64,000 nucleotides of DNA from Squalus acanthias (Eukaryota), in assembly GCA_030390025.1 (NCBI GenBank), contig CM059432.1:96970001-97034000 (forward strand). The letters are read 5' to 3'. Below the pieces are notes generated by a model. That model ran no database searches. It saw only the letters and a program-made list of their open reading frames with translations, and had not been told where the DNA came from. Of the stretch, positions 11,496 through 25,035 are shown piece by piece (the stretch's first letter is position 1; each line of letters starts with the position of its first letter). Made by a program: the position numbers and the translations under genes.

Positions 11496-14357
11496 GGCCG
11501 CGAAATTCGATCATGCATTGCTGGCTGTTAAGGCCGGTTTTCTTGAAAAAATGACGGCCGCCTCGCTTCTGGCTGGTTCCGGCACAGGACACGGCGACCG
11601 CCATTTTGGAGAGGCCGGCAGTGCTGCGCTTGCCTCTCCAATGTAAATGTGCAGAAGGTGACGTTAATTGGCCTGCAACGGCTGAATTGATGCACGACTG
11701 TGATTTTGATGTCGCCGCACTCCATACCGCTTTATCCTAACCATGAACGGAAAAACATGCGGGCAGCAGCTGTACAGAAATGCTTCAGTGCTTCTGAAAG
11801 GGACAAACACATCTTTCAGGTTAGTTTCGATTTAAGCTTTTGGACTGCTTTTTAATATTTTATTGGCATAGTGGCTTGGTGCAATACATTTAAAAAGTTG
11901 TTAATGTGTGCAGGGAGTGCTGCTGGATGTTGGCAAGGCTTTGGATGTTAAAGGAGGGCCTCTGAGAACAACACTTGCTCCCAGTCCTGGGGGCTCTAGT
12001 TGCAGTCCCCCTTGGGCTGCAACATCACATTGGGATGAAACAGAGGCAGCAAAGGGGACAAGCTGCTCGCAGAGGGAGGAGGAAGAAGCAGAAGAGGAAG
12101 AAGAAAAGAAAGAGGCAACTAAGATAGATCCTTTCTGGCCAGGATATCCGGGATTGAATCATCCGCCTGCAATACCAGTGACCACAACCCAAGTTCCCCT
12201 TTCAACATTTGTCCCACACTTTACATTCCCTCTGTTACTGCCCATCACAGTGTCCTCTTGGTCACAATGCTGAAATAAAATCCACGACAAAGCAAACTTT
12301 TCAATCCATCTTTATCCATATATGTATCCAATATGACATTAAAAAATCAACTCATCACCCTTATGCATTCCCTTAGTGACTGTCTTGTGTGTGTGCCTTT
12401 GCCTATCATAATACTGTTACACAGTGCTACCCCAGCGGCTGCAGCATGGCTGATGGGAAGGCTGCTGACTTTCAGTGGGGGACACTGCAGATAGCCTTGC
12501 AGGATGACCTCGAGGAGCTGGTGGCTGGGAGTGTCAAATCGAGTGACGGTGTTTCTTCTTTTTCACTCTCCTCTCCCTCTTCCTGGTCAACCACTGGCTG
12601 GGCAAGCTGGATTTCTTGGGTGTCTGAAATGAGGAAGGTGCAAGTGTATGGCTGGGGTGGGGGGAGGGTTTGAAAGCAAGAGGTGCATGCTTACACCATG
12701 TGCAGCTTGTACATCAGATGTGAGAAGGAGGATAATGCATGAGGATACCAGCATCTTGTATTCTTTCAGCCACGCCACTGGCCAAGGGCTTAGCCATGCC
12801 CCTGCCAAGAATGGCCAGCATTGTCTTCTCCAAGGAGGTGATGCGAAGCTAGGAATGTGAGGTGTGCCTTGTGTTTGGTAGAGATTGTTGGTTGGTGAGT
12901 GATGGGGTGGTTGTGCATTCAGTAGTGTGTGAGGGTAGTGGTGCAGCTGGAAGGAGACAGCTTTTGAAGATGCATTCACTGACCTTGGCCACTTGTCTGA
13001 GGTCATGAAACTTCTTTGGGCACTGGGGCCAGGTCCTGGGGGCGACACTGCTGGCAGTGACCGCCTCGGTGATCTGGACCCATATCCTTCATTCTGTCAG
13101 GGCCTCCTGGCTCCCCGTGTGCAGAGGATCTTTATTCCATTATTGAACACTTGCACAAAGCTGGAGGGCTGCGTGCAAGCCCCTGGGTCTCCTCCCCTGG
13201 CCTGTTGAGCTATTTCTGTTAGTATTGAAGCACCTTTTCCATTTTTACGTGCAGAAGGCAGTTCAGCTTTAAGAGCTGCAGACTGCTTAGCTTTGAATGA
13301 TTTTTAGGAATGTGAGGTGTGCCTCGTGTTAGTGCCCACAGAAGGACCTAACGGGGCTCAAATGGCTTTGCGACCGGGCGCGGCGCTGACATCGACTCCC
13401 GCCATATTCAGCGGGAGTCTTGCGGTGGTGCTACAGCGTTGCGCACTGATATCCTTTGCCCGGAGACCGTGACATCATCGCCGTGCGCATCACCCCGGTA
13501 GCGCCCCAGACCCGAAATTGACTTCTGCCCCCTGCAGCATCGCCAGTCGAAAATACCAGCAGCTGCAGGAGGCGTGCATCGGGCAGCCGGCCGCTTCAGG
13601 GCCAATGATTAAAGGCGAGGTGGCCGAGGTAAGTAAAAAAAAACTTACCTTTCTTGTTCCAGTTTTTTTCGCGGGTTCCTGCCTGCGATCGATCAGCCCA
13701 GCACTCTGCTTGAGTGCCGGGCTGATCGTGCGGGATCATGGCTGCCTTGGTGGTCCAGGTAGGTACTTTCTTTATTGCAAATCCTGCAGCGCTGGCCCTT
13801 CCCTTTAAGGGAGGGAAGGAGTCTTTGAATGCGGCAGCACTGCACGGCCCATTGTGCAGCACTGCTGAAGTCTCTGCTCCGCCTAATGCCGATTGTGCTC
13901 CAAGAAGAAGTGGAGCACTTGATTTAGTGCTCCACTTCCTTCCTGGAGTGCAAAACCAAATTTTTTAAAAGTTTAGAAACATTTGCGGCTGGTGCTAATT
14001 TTCTCAACTTTTAAAAGTTAGCGCCCCAAACTTCTCCCCCTGCCTATTTTTGAATGATTTTTAAAAAAATTCCAGAAGGCAGTTCACCTTTAAGGACTCG
14101 AGACTGCTTTCTAAAATGACAGCCTTGTTTTAAGGTAATGCAGCCTCACTCCAAGGATGCTACAGCAACGCAACATTGGGCCTTCTACTGAGTGCACAGC
14201 CTGAAGTACACATTCATCACTGGGCTGTGTGCTGAAATCAGTCAAATCAGCAGACAGCACCAAAATAATGTGCTGCCTGCGCTTTCTAAATGGGCATGTG
14301 CAAATCTCGCCTCGCAGTACCACCGCCCGTTTTCGGGCCTTATCAAATTTCTAGGCC
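11496..14357 (-). mobile_element. Non-autonomous Harbinger derivative with decayed Myb gene (minus) and transposase remnants
   Basis: TIR-like GGCCGCGAAATTCG / AAATTTCTAGGCC. Long reverse-complement similarity to 41752-44393. Myb-like remnant at ~12960-13200. Confidence 0.75.
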
Positions 14358-14773
14358 TCTGATTTTTCAGCATAATTTAGCCCACTCCATACATGAGTAA
14401 ATTAACATGTAACAATCAAATGGCTATCAAGTTGGAAGCATTTTAAACTTCCATACTTATGTTGAGGGTGTTCCCAAGAGCACTGTGTTGTCTGATAAAT
14501 AGGTAAGTTGGTGTGGCAATGTACTGTCTGCTTTTATTTCAGACTCTCTGGAGCAGTCCCTTTCTAAATATAATAAACAATAAAAGAGGAGACCGTGGCG
14601 TGTAATTGCTGCACTAAGCAGGCCCCATTAGGGGGCGCTCTAGTGTTCAGTTATACAATTTGCAAGTATAACACTCAAGGTCACAATTCAGAAACTTTTC
14701 TTTGAGACATAGAAATACGATTAGAAATAAATGTTAATTACAGAATAGTGTCCATGTTTCCGGTCAAAATCAT

Positions 14774-15385
14774 GTGGGCAATTTTAACCCTACCTGCCCA
14801 GCAGAACCCTATGGATGGTCAGTTAAAATCGTTCAAGTTACTTATCCGCCCTGGAGCTGTTGGGAGCTGGCAGGTTTGTATTTTAACCTGAGCAGGTGGC
14901 AAGGACACCCACCCAAAGCTGGCAGAGTCCTTATTAATGATGCCATCGGCACCCAACTGCAATTTTTACTAAGAGGCCTGAACGGGAAACGGCAGTGGGT
15001 TTCCTGCTAGGGCAACCGGCGCGGAAGTGGATCGGGGCCAAAAGAGGCCCAAAACGGTAAGCTGATACTTTTTTAAATTCCTTGTGGTGTCAGGAGGAGC
15101 AGACGTGCTCCTCTGGGCCCCACAAGGAAATCTTGGGCCTTCCCAGCCATAATATCGTCCCCCACCCTGATTGTGGAGACACCCGACGGATGGACCTGCA
15201 GTCGATCCCATGCAACTGCCTGCTCAGCCATGCACCTCTTCCCACTAACCTCCCCACCCCGGAACGGATGGGAAGTCAGCTGCTGGTAATTAAAAGAGGC
15301 CCAGGAGTTAGAATACCCCGGACCTCTTTTTTGCTGACACCAAAACTCACCCACCGAAAATTGGTTTCCAGTTAAAATTGGGGCC
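14774..15385. mobile_element. Harbinger-type MITE
   Basis: Imperfect TIRs GTGGGCAATTTTAAC / GTTAAAATTGGGGCC; CAT TSD (14771-14773 / 15386-15388). Confidence 0.65.
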
Positions 15386-16844
15386 CATGTTTCTGTAACA
15401 GGAAGCTGTACAAAAATAATAAAATGCTTTACAAAGGGACTTTGTTGTTACTTGTGGAAAGTTTGTCTTCATCATTTTGATTTATATTTTTATTATCCTT
15501 CCTGACAACTACCCTCAACGCCAGTATCTAAAATAGCTGATTAATTCTCATTAAAAATACAAATCCTGACAATCTCAGTGAAAGAGAATATGGAAGATCC
15601 CAGCCACTGTATTTTATATTAGGTAGGATTTTCTGCTTTGGCAGAATCCCAGCACAAAGTCAGCATGTTGGCCTTTGCATCTGCCTGACTTGACCCTCGC
15701 TGACCCCAATAGATTTTGAACCCCAGCAGATACAAAGAACATAATTGTTTCTCTAATTGTTGTGTTATGTAAATATTGTTACAGGGCAATTCAATCTTCT
15801 TCCCAGATATTTGAGTCTGTAATATATTGTTTTCTCATTATGTATCATATAAAACTTGACCAAATTAAAAAGAGAAATTGCCCTACTGTACAAATCTGAT
15901 TTTTTTTTCATTTCTCACACCCACCATCTGTTTTGGGCCTTTCTGAAAGTTACTGCTAATTTAGCTTGGATCAGAAAAAAAATGAACCTTAGCTTCAGAC
16001 ATTTGATGTATGTGCATGGTTGAAGCGCCAATGGTATGAAGCTACCATCTGTGGGATTATTTCTGAACACCACTGAATCAGCTTTCCCTCCACCAGTCAT
16101 CCCTGTGGCCTGTCTGAATGAGAGTGCAAGTTAATGTCAATTAGTGCTGAATTGTGGGCACTTTTGTGATATGGACGTGTGCCCACCAGCAATTTTGTTG
16201 ACTTTGCCCAAACTGATTTAGCTTATGAGTCTTGCAGCTGAAAGAGTTTCCATCAGTCAGCGTCGGATTAAAACCCAGTTTGGAGAGTGAAATGACAGTG
16301 TTCTCGCCCCCTGCATCATCCAGTCTTATTTTAGTTTTCCTTTAAAATCTTTAATTTGAAAGTAAGAACTACTTTTCATGAAGATTTTAAGTGTACCAAC
16401 ACTTTATCCACAAAAAGACAGTGCAAAGAGGTAACAGAGTAGCCTTTGACCTTTGAGACCTGTGTTCAAAATCATCTCAAACTTATGAGATAAAAATCTA
16501 CTTCTGGAAGACTGTAAGGATCCCACATAAGATATGTGCAGGCAGCCTGAACCCAATTCCTGTAGTGGGAACAGTTGTGCACAGTGTAATGAGTGGAAAT
16601 CCTGCCCCATATTGTTCCTGACCGATTTGCGCCCATTCTTGAATTCCTACCTTATTTGGGCCTATTTTACGAAATTGCACTCCCAGTGAAAAGCCTCATT
16701 TTCCAGGAGTACATATAAGAAAATCAAGGACACATTCCCCATGATTTTTTTTCATTAATTTAATGAATAGAAATTCATGGGAGACATGCCTGTGATTTCT
16801 TGAATATCTGAGTGGGACCAGTGTCCTAGTAGAAAGGATAAATA

Positions 16845-19800
16845 GAGCAGTCAATAGGACTTTAAACTAGTAAGACAGGGGGAAAGGGAATGGAATTTTT
16901 ATGATATGTGCAGGACTCCTTTCTCACCCAGTATGTAAAAAGCACAAGAGAGGGAGCGCTGCTGTATCTAGTAATGGTAAATGAACCAGAACAGATAAGA
17001 GAAGTAAGAGTAGGGGAACATCTAGGCAATAGTGATCACAACCTAATAAGGTTTAAGATTTTAAGGAGATAAGAATGGAACTAGGGAAAGTAAACTGAAA
17101 AAATTTACAGACACACCGTGATCAATACAGTCCAGGAGATATATACCCCACTAAAAAGCAATAACAAACTAGCCAGTAATGACACACTGTGGATGAATAA
17201 AGAAATAAGGGCAAAATTTAAACTAAAAAAAAGGCATACACTAAGTACATAGATAACAAAGGAGAGGATGACAAAAGGGAATATGAAAAGATTAGGAAAG
17301 TAATCAGAAAAAACAATTAGGAAGGCAAAGAGAAACTAGGAAATTATATTATCAAGGAATATAAAAGGGAAATAGTAAATTATTCTACAGATACAGAAAC
17401 AACAGAAGAAAAATCAGGATTGGGATAAGGCCACTAAGGGATATACATGATAAATTCACAGGTAGTGACAGTGAAATGGCAGAAATATTAAACAATTATT
17501 TTGCCTTGGTATTTAGCAGGGAGGCTAATATGGTGGACATGATATTAGAAGAAGAGTTCAAAAACAATATAAAGACATTTAAGATAGAAATGAGGGAGAT
17601 AATTGATAAACTAATCAACCTTAGTGAGAATAAAACCCCTGGTCTGGATGGATTGCATGCATGCATATTAGAGAAGTTAGGAAAGAGATAGCAGGGGCAT
17701 ATTACATATATATAAAAATGCTTAGAAAAGGGAATAGTGCCACAGAACTGGCCGACAGCTAATATGATTCCTATATTTAAAAAGGGAGAATGAACAAATA
17801 TAGGGAACTATAGACCAATTAGCTTAACGTCAGTGGTAGGAAAGAAAATGGAATCCTTACTCAAAGATATAATAGAGAAATATCTAGAAACGGAAAAAAA
17901 TAATAAAGAGTACTTAGCATGGATTTCAAAAGGGAAGGTCATGCTTAATCAACCTTGTTGAATTAATTGAAGAAACAACAGAAAGGGGAGATAAGGGTAA
18001 TACAGTAGATGCAATATATTTGGATTTTCAAAACGCCTTCGATAAAGTACCAGATAGTAGACTCATGACTAAGGTGGAACATGTGGAGTCAGGGGACAAG
18101 TAGCAGATTGGACAGCAAGCTGGCTATTAAACAGGAAACAGAGAGTAGGTGTTCAAGATAGTTACTCAGATCGCCAAAAGGTGGGAAGTGGTGCTCCACA
18201 GGGACCACTGAGACCACTGTTGTTCACCATTTACATAAATGATTTGGATTCAGGAATCAGAAGTACAATTTCAAAATTTGTGGATGACAACAAATTAGGG
18301 GCTGTAGTTAATACAGAGAAGAACTGTGACAAAATACAGGAAGACATTAATAAACTTGCAGAATAGGCATGCAATTGGTAAATGAGCTTCAATATAAATA
18401 AGTGTGAGGTGGTACATTTTGGTAGCAAGAATAAGGAGACCACATACTCCTTGGAAAATAAGGGCTGGATTTTCTTGGGGAAGGCAGGTTGGGGGTGGGG
18501 GGGCTCCAATGCGGGCAGGAAACCGGGGAGAACGGATTTTCCGCAGGCCCTGCCGAATTTAACAGCAGAGCTTGATTTGCATCTGAAGCCTTTGTTTCCC
18601 ACCTGCAGCCAGCCAGATGGAGAGGCTGGCTGACTGCGGGCGGTTAGGCCTGCAGCACTAGGCCACAGAGAGGAGGGAGGGAGGAATTAGGTGGGGGCCA
18701 GTGCCGGCCATCAAGAGACCGGGGATTGGGGGGGGGGGGAGGTGAGGAAGATTGGGGCTGTCGAGGGACCAGGGTGGGGGGTGGGGGAGGTAAGGAAGAT
18801 CGGGGTTGCCGAGGGACCGGGGGTGGGGGAGGTGAGGAAGATTGGGGTCAGCCACCGGAGGATCGTGGCCAGCCTCAAGGTCATCGGTGGGGGGGGGGAG
18901 GGAAAATCAGATCGGGCCGGCCACCAGAGGATGGGGGCCGGCCTCAGGATGATCATGGAGGGGGGGTTCTGGGAAGGCGATCGGATGCCTCGTGACGGGG
19001 TCTCCGATCACGGGGGGTGGGCTAGGCAGGTATACTGGATCCAGGAGGTAGGTATATAGGCACCTACCTCCTGGATGCAGCAGTCCTCGCCTTGCTGTAA
19101 CTGCCGGGTTTTGCGAAGTGTGTAAAACCCGACCAGACAGAGTTAAAAACGAAATGGTGGTTAAAGAAGAGGCGTCCAGCCTCACTGTAATATTTAAATT
19201 GACATCCTGCCTTCTGGCAGTGGGTTGGCTGCGCACCCACCCCCCACCCCCCGTCCCGCCTCTGTTAAAACCAGAAGTGGGCAGGTCAGAGGTGGGTTCA
19301 AGTCGGGATTCCGATTTTAATAATTTAACTACCCCCACGCTCCAAACACAACCGTTTTTTCAGGTAAAAATTCCCCCCTAAGTGTCTAAATGGGGTGGAG
19401 GAACAGCAGGATCCAGAGGTACAGATACACAAATCACTAAAAGTAGCAACATAGGTTAATAAGGCCATAAAGAATGCAGACAAAGCACCAGGGTTCATTT
19501 CTAGAGGGATAGAATTGAACAGCAGAGAAGTAAAGGTAAACTTGTATCGAACCTTGGTTAGACCACAGTTGGAGTACTGTGAACAGTTCTGGTCTCCATA
19601 TTATAAAATGGATATAGAGCCACTGGAGAAGGTGCAAAAAAGATTTACTAGAATGATACCAGAACTGAGAGGTTATACCTATGAGGAAAGATTGAACAAG
19701 CTGGGTCACTTTTCTCAAGAAAAGAGAAGACTGAGTAGTGACCTGATAGAGATTTTTAAGATTATGAAAGGGTTTGATAGGTTAGATGTAGAAAGGATGT

Positions 19801-20107
19801 TTCCACTAGTGGGGAAGACCAGAATTAAGGGTTATAAATATAAGATTGTCACTAATAAATCCAATAGGGAATTCAGGAGAAACCTCTTTACCCAGAGAGT
19901 GGTTAGAATGTGGAACTCGCTACCACAAGGAGCCGTTGAGGTGACTAGCATAGATGCATTTAAGGAGAAGCCAGATGAACACGTGAGGGAGAAAGGAATA
20001 GAAGGAAATGTTGAGGGGGGTTCGATGAAGTACGGTGGGAGGAGGCTCGTGTGGAGCATGGACCTGTTGGGCCGAATGGCCTGTTTCTGTGCTGTAAATA
20101 CTATGTA
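16845..20107 (+). mobile_element. Old, heavily mutated CR1 LINE interrupted by a MITE
   Basis: ORF2 pieces MAEILNNYF...KTPGLDG (17476), APQG...KFVDD (18181) and LYRTLVRPQLEYC...FTQRVVRMWNSLP (19515), plus a CR1 3'UTR. Confidence 0.9.
18462..19378. mobile_element. Harbinger-type MITE with an internal G-rich tandem repeat, inserted in CR1
   Basis: TAA TSD (18459-18461 / 19379-19381); removing it restores the CR1 frame LENKCLNG. TIR-like GGGCTGGATTTT / AAAAATTCCCCCC. Confidence 0.85.
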
Positions 20108-20282
20108 ATACCTGATATGTGCTCCTGGCAGTCAAGGCTTTATAATTTCTGAACCAAACCTTCAGACGTTGTGGGTATACCTGATGATCTCACAATTCAT
20201 AATTCTTGGGACATAGCTCTGAAAGTGTTCAAAGAAAAATGTCAAATTTTAATTACTTAATTTTAGGCCTGTTTATTTATTA

Positions 20283-20450
20283 CATAGAATCACATAGAAT
20301 GTTACAGTACAGAGACAGCCCATTCGGCCCAACAGGTCTATGCCGGTGTTTATGCTCCACACAAGCCTCCTTCCACCTTACATCATCTCACCCTATCAAC
20401 ATACCCTTCTATTCCTTTCTCCCTCATGTACTTATCAAGCTTCCCCTTAA
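20283..20450 (-). mobile_element. CR1 3'-end fragment
   Basis: Reverse complement matches the CR1 ORF2 C-terminus (KLDKYMREKGIEGY) and 3'UTR with TTCTATG tail; similar piece at 44394-44547. Confidence 0.75.
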
Positions 20451-20573
20451 TGTTTATGTTTATGAGACAGTATGATGCTAGGTTTGTGATAAATTGTCCA
20501 TTGAAACCACAGTTGATGAAAATTGCTTTTTGCCTAAACATATTCACCAATGACCTCCAAAGCACTCCATGCT

Positions 20574-22290
20574 TTTTTAATTCATTCATGAGATGTGGGC
20601 ATCGCTGACATAGCCAGTATTGATTGGCCATCCCTAATTGCCCTTGAGAAGGTGGTGGTTAGCCACTTTCTTGAACCGCTGCAGTCCGTGTGGTGAAGGT
20701 ACTCCCACAGTGCTGTCAGGGAGGGTTCCAGGATCTTGACCCAGCGACGATGAAGGATCGGCAATATACTTCTAAGTCAGGATGGTGTGTGACTTGGAGG
20801 GGAACTTGGAGGTGGTGGTGTTCCCATGTGCCTGCTGCCCTTGTCCTTCTAGGTGGTAGAGGTTGCGGGTTTGGAAGGTGCAGTCAAAGAAGCCTTGGTG
20901 AGTTGCTGCAGTGCATCTTGTAGATGCTACATACTGCAGCCACGGTACGCCGGTAGTGGAGGGAGTGAATTTTTAAGGTGATGGATGGGGTGCCAATCAA
21001 GCGGGCTGCTTTGTCCTGGATGGTGTCGAGCTTCTTGAGTGTTGTTTGAAGCTGCACTCATCCAGGCAAGTGGTGAGTATTCCATCACACTCCTGACTTG
21101 TGCCTTGTAGATGGTGGAAAGGCTTTGGAGAGTCAGGAGGTGAGACACTCCCACAGAATACCTAGCCTCTGACCTGCTCTTGTTGCCACAGTATTTATGT
21201 GGCTGGTCCAGTTAAGTTTCTGGTCAATGGTGACCCCCAGGATGTTGATGGTGGGGGATTCGGTGATGGTAATGCCGTTGAATGTCAAGGGGCGGTGGTT
21301 AGACTCTTGCTTGTTGGAGATAGTCATTGCCTGGCACTTGTGTGATGCGAATGTTACTTGCCCAAGCCTGAATGTCATCCAGGTCTTGCTGCATGCGGGC
21401 ATAGACTGCCTCATTGTCTGAGGAGTTGTGAATGGAACTGAACACTGTGCAATCATCAGCGAACATCCCAACTTCTGACCTTATGATGGACGAAAGGTCA
21501 TTAATGAAGCAGCTGAAGATGGTTGGGCCGAGGACACTGCCCTGAGGAATTCCTGCAGCGATGTCCTGGGGCTGAGATGATTGACCTCCAACCACTACAA
21601 CCATCTTCCTTTGGACTAGGTATGACTCCAGTCAGTGGAGAATTTCCCCCCTGATTCCCATTGACTTCAATTTTACTAGGGCTCCTTGATGCCACACTCT
21701 GTCAAATGCTGCCTTGATGTCAAAGGCAGTCACTCTCACCTCACCTCTTGAATTTAGCTCTTTTGTCCATGTTTGGACCAAGGCTGTAATAAGATCTGGA
21801 GCTGAGTGGTCCTGGTGGAACCCAAACTGAGCATAGGTGAGCAGGTTATTGGTGAGTAAGTGTCACTTGATAGCACTGTCTACAAAACTTTCCAACACTT
21901 TGCTGATGATTGAGAGTAGACTGATGCGGCGGTAATTGGCCGGTTTGGATTTGTCCTGCTTTTTGTGGACAGGACATACCTGGGCAGTTTTCCACATTGT
22001 CGGGTAGATGCCAGTTTTGTAGCTGTACTGGAACAGCTTGGCTAGAGGCGCGGCTAGCTCTGGAACACAAGTCTTCAGCACGACAGCCGGGATGTTGTCA
22101 GGGCCCATAGCCTTTGCTGTATCCAGCGTGCTCAGCCGTTTCTTGATATCACATGGAGTGAATCGAATTGGCTGATGACTGGCTTCTGTGATGGTGGGGA
22201 CGTCAGGAGGAGGCCGATATGGATCATCCACTCGGCACTTCTGGCTGATGATGGTTGCAAATGCTTCAGCCTTGTCTTTTGCACTCGTGT
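20574..22290 (-). mobile_element. 5'-truncated non-LTR retrotransposon of the CR1/L2/Jockey group, distinct from the canonical CR1s here and partner of the SINE tail
   Basis: RT motifs KAMGPDNIP...NYRRISLLS, GIPQGSVLGP, GMFADD, YKAQVRSVMEY. 3' tail ...ttagggatgg...aatactggc...catctcatgaatgaatta. Confidence 0.88.
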
Positions 22291-22577
22291 GCACTTGTAC
22301 TCCGAGATCACATTGCTCCTCTTTACATTTAGATTCTTATTTTTCAAGTAATATGTGACCTCCCTATTTTTCTTACCAAGATGTAATACCTCTCTGTTGA
22401 ATTTCATTTGCCAATTATATGCCCATTCTGCAAGTCTATTAATGTCCTCCTGTAACTTGTTGCAGTCTTCCTCAGTATTGACTATCCCCCCAATTTGGCG
22501 TCGTCCACAAATTTAGTAATTGTGTTTTTGATTCCAAAGTCTAAATCGTTAATATAAATATAAATTGTGAACAACAG
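22291..22577 (-). mobile_element. Internal CR1 RT fragment
   Basis: LLFTIYIYINDLDFG...KFVDDAKLGG and FNREVLHLGKKN on the minus strand. Confidence 0.75.
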
Positions 22578-23744
22578 AGGGGAGTATGAAAATAAGAAAA
22601 AATTCAAATCATAGGGTAAATAGTTGCAATGAGAGAGAAAAGGCATTAATAAAGTAAGAATTAAAACCAAGAACCTAACAGTAGGACTCACTGTAACATT
22701 GATAAACTTAAATATTTATGATAACAAGTTATTGGTGCTTGAAGGTTGTGTTTGGAAGGGTGAAGCATGGACATGAGTTTCATTTGGTTGGCTTGAAATG
22801 TTTAAGAGATTAGAGATTTCTTATCATTGCTAATAAGAGAATCTGAGAGTAATAAAATGACATTGAGGATGAAATTGGTCTTTGGCAAAAGTATGAAATG
22901 GCTATAGTGAATCGGCACCCAGTTTTGTTTTCCAATTTCAACCCCATTATTTACCCTGAGAGGAAAAAATAAATCATTGACTAGAAACCTGAGACTTAAA
23001 TAAAGAAGTTAATATTGTGGTGAGCAACAACCAGACACATATATATATATAAAAAAAAACTTTTTATGGGAAAAGTCCAACACAGCCAAGAACAAAAATC
23101 ATGGAGGGCTGTTGTGGTGGTACAATCAGAATGAAGAGCAATAATGGGGAGAAAAAAGGAAATATGTTTAAATAAGATGCTAATATTTCAATATCTTACA
23201 ATCTTCTTTTTAAATTAAATATTTTGAACAGTTTACAAATGCATGTGTGGTTTTTTTTGAACCGGGGGTTAAAATTAAATGTTTCATCAATGGTCAGTTC
23301 TAAAGGTCCTGAAGTAGAAATTTGGGTGACCCTCTATTTATCTTGTGTCAGGCTTTTGATCATTGATGTACTTACACTCTCTTTCTTTGATGGGGGTGGT
23401 CTATGCATGGTTGCAAAAAACCAATATTTCATTTAGGTAACATAGCAGGACAGATAGTGATCATGTAATTATCATAAAACTGAATTTAATTCTAAAAATG
23501 TTGTGGTGAAACACTTCCGTTATCCTTCAGCAAGTTCCTTCATTAGTTATATAATTATCTCAGATAATAGATTATTTGCAATGAAGGTAGCCTTTGGCTT
23601 TGTTTATAAGCTATGTATCAGGTCTCTGAAATCTGACTCATGGAGTTGGTTATTTAATTCATTGGAATTTTACAATGATGAAAGATCACTAGATAATAAG
23701 GTGCAAAATTTATCTGCAATCATTCTTCTGATATTTCCCATGCT

Positions 23745-23900
23745 AGATAATATTGAAAATGGTTCCCTCTCCTCAGGCACTGTCCTCCTCCATTTCAAAA
23801 CTAATGTCAACGCTCCTTCTCAAAAAACCTACCCTTGACCTCTCTCTTTTTGCTAACTATGCCTTATTTCCAATCTCCCTTTCCTCTCTGTTTGAAGCCC
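23745..23900 (+). mobile_element. Degenerate L2 LINE fragment
   Basis: GSLSSGTVLLHFKT...KTYP and ttgctaactat...ccaatctccctttcctctc match the L2 piece at 57590-57740. Confidence 0.5.
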
Positions 23901-23960
23901 TCTAATCTAGATTCCATCCTTCCAACAGTACCAAACAATTCCAAATCATTCGTTTTGTTT

Positions 23961-24170
23961 CATTCATTCCAGGGATGTGGCATTGCTGGCAAACCAGCAT
24001 TTATTTCCCATCCATAATTGCCCTTGAGAAGGTGGGGTTGAGCCGCCTACTTGAACCACTGCATCCGTGTGGTGAAGGTACTCCCACAGTGCTGTTAGGG
24101 AGGGCGTTCCAGGATTTTGACCGAGCGACGATGAAGGAACGGCAATATATTTCCAAGTCAGGGTGGTGTA
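23961..24170 (-). mobile_element. 3' tail fragment of the 20574-22290 LINE family
   Basis: Clear similarity to 20580-20790 (cccttgagaaggtgg, tggtgaaggtactcccacagtgctgt). Confidence 0.8.
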
Positions 24171-24309
24171 TGAAAGGGAGAAAAAAATGTGCATTATATT
24201 TTACCTGATATCTTCACTTAAATAAGTGAAGCATTGGACAACTGACAATGCATGACAAAAGCTCCAAAACTAAGTAAGTTTACTAAAGTATGGAATATGT
24301 ACTACGTAA

Positions 24310-24703
24310 GGGTGTGGTAGTGCAGTGGTTGTGTTACTGGACTAATAATCTCGAGGCCTTAACTAATGAATCTAGTGTATATGAGTTCAAATCCAACCAT
24401 GGCAGTTTGGGAATTTAAATTCAGTTTAAAAATCTGGTACCAGTAAAAGCTGTCGGATTGTTGCAAAAACCCAGCTGGTTCACTAAGGTCCTTTCGGGAA
24501 GGAAACTTGCTATCTTTACTTCGATTGTCCTGTATATGATTCCAGTCCCATATCAATGTGATTGACTTTTAACTGTGCTCTGAAGTGGCCCAGCAAGCCA
24601 CTCAGTTAGAAGGGCCACCCCCACCTGCTCTAGACAATTAGGGATGGGCGATAAATGCTGGCCTTGCCAGTGATGCCTCCATCCTGAGAATGAATTTTAA
24701 AAA
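24310..24703 (+). mobile_element. tRNA-derived SINE with a LINE-derived 3' tail
   Basis: A-box-like TGGTAGTGCAGTGG and B-box GAGTTCAAATCC. The 3' end ttagggatgggcgataaatgctggccttgccag is shared with the 20574-22290 LINE; A-rich end. Confidence 0.8.
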
Positions 24704-25035
24704 GTTCAAATTTCCAGGGGTTCCTTAACATAAGCATACTTTAAAAAATCCAAGAAAACGATTAAAATTGTATGCATAGACACTGTACAATTTTGTCAAA
24801 TGTGCACGTAATTTGCGGTCAGCGTCGAAGCAAAGGTGCTCGCTGCTGGCTTTGAAGAAAGCTGCCCACAGAGATCTCGCAATCTGTGTGGCAAGAAGTT
24901 TGCCTATTTCGACATGCAATTGATTATAGCGCTCTGTGATGGGAATTCGCAGCAAAGAGCTGCAGTGACGTCAACAAGCTGTCTAAGCAGCCAATCATAT
25001 TCTCACAGAGAGCGAACCAGTAAATGAAAAGCAGC

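Noticed and set aside
24310..24405. tRNA gene
   Set aside because: A/B boxes are present but there is no proper cloverleaf, and it continues into a SINE body and LINE tail.
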